A stretch of DNA of 64,000 nt from Vicugna vicugna (lineage: Eukaryota), in contig MU058463.1 of NCBI GenBank assembly GCA_013265495.1, positions 3,765,037-3,829,036 on the forward strand, written 5' to 3'. This document shows positions 63,254 through 64,000 of this stretch, piece after piece. The notes under the pieces were generated by a model, which saw only the letters and a list, made by a program, of their open reading frames with translations, did not search any database and was not told where the DNA came from. Numbering within the stretch: position 1 is the first letter of the stretch; every line of letters begins with the position of its first letter. The position numbers were made by a program, and so were the translations under genes.

Positions 63254-64000
63254 AGTAAATACAAACATCACTCTTAAAAGGCTATATCAAGACCAAAAAA
63301 GGCTTTAATTGGCCTTTTCTTGGGTCAAGAAAAGAATGTTGGTTTTAATTCTGTAATTTTTGAGTGTTTATGTCTAAGTGATATGAAATGTAGTTTTAAA
63401 ATTTCGACTTAAAAAACTTCTTGAGGAACAATCACTATGATGATCACTTGCAACTAATCAGAGCTGTTTAAAAAGTCATTAATTCCAACACAATTTCTAT
63501 GTTTCTTGTCATAATTCAGGTTGCCCCTAAATTCCCACCTAGCACAGAAAAGCTGTGTGTGTGTCTGGAAGAGAAAAAAAAATGATTTCAAGTTTTATAG
63601 GCTTTGGCTTTAGTCAATTTTTTTTCCTAGTGGCTCATCTAAAATAAAATAAGAAGAGTGGTACAAGAAAATTAGAAAATTCACCGAATGTTCCATTATT
63701 AAAACATCCCAAGTCAGAGGTCGATATTTTTGGTTTCCTAAATGTCAAAAGATCCTGTTAAAATCACTTATAGATTACAGCATAAGAATGGAAGGAACTA
63801 ATCTACCTAATGCATTTTCCTTGAAAAATAAAGACTGACATGGATGTTTAATAAGGTATAAATCAATAGCATTCAATCATTTTATATATTTTCAAACTAG
63901 GCAGACTGCTACTTTCCTGATTAAGAAATACAAAAGGACACTTGCCCTACCCCACAAAAAATCAAGGAGATGAGATAAACCAGACCACCCCACACAGCTG

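Overview
Mammalian, most likely camelid, AT-rich genomic DNA. The lineage is inferred from two tRNA-derived Vic-1-like SINEs and young L1 3' ends. No protein-coding exon could be confidently recognised. The ORF track is chance ORFs plus decayed Tigger1 transposase fragments. Much of the window is interspersed repeat: L1, L2, MIR, MaLR/ERVL/ERV1 solo LTRs, a near full-length Tigger1, MER3, MER5A and MER46C. The clearest notable item is a full-length U6 snRNA/L1 3'-end chimeric retrogene with a TSD (16075-16358). Other points of interest are a + strand bias of LTRs/L1s suggesting a long intron of a minus-strand gene, a minus-strand polypyrimidine-CAG|GTAAG recursive-splice-like site (~15901-15940), and a CpG-enriched, repeat-free candidate enhancer (~37250-38450). 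There is also a 51-bp diverged duplicated motif cassette (48105/48998) and several micro-duplication/inversion scars. I found no convincing evidence of a wholly new biological system. Repeat family names are from recalled consensus sequences, and boundaries without TSDs are approximate.
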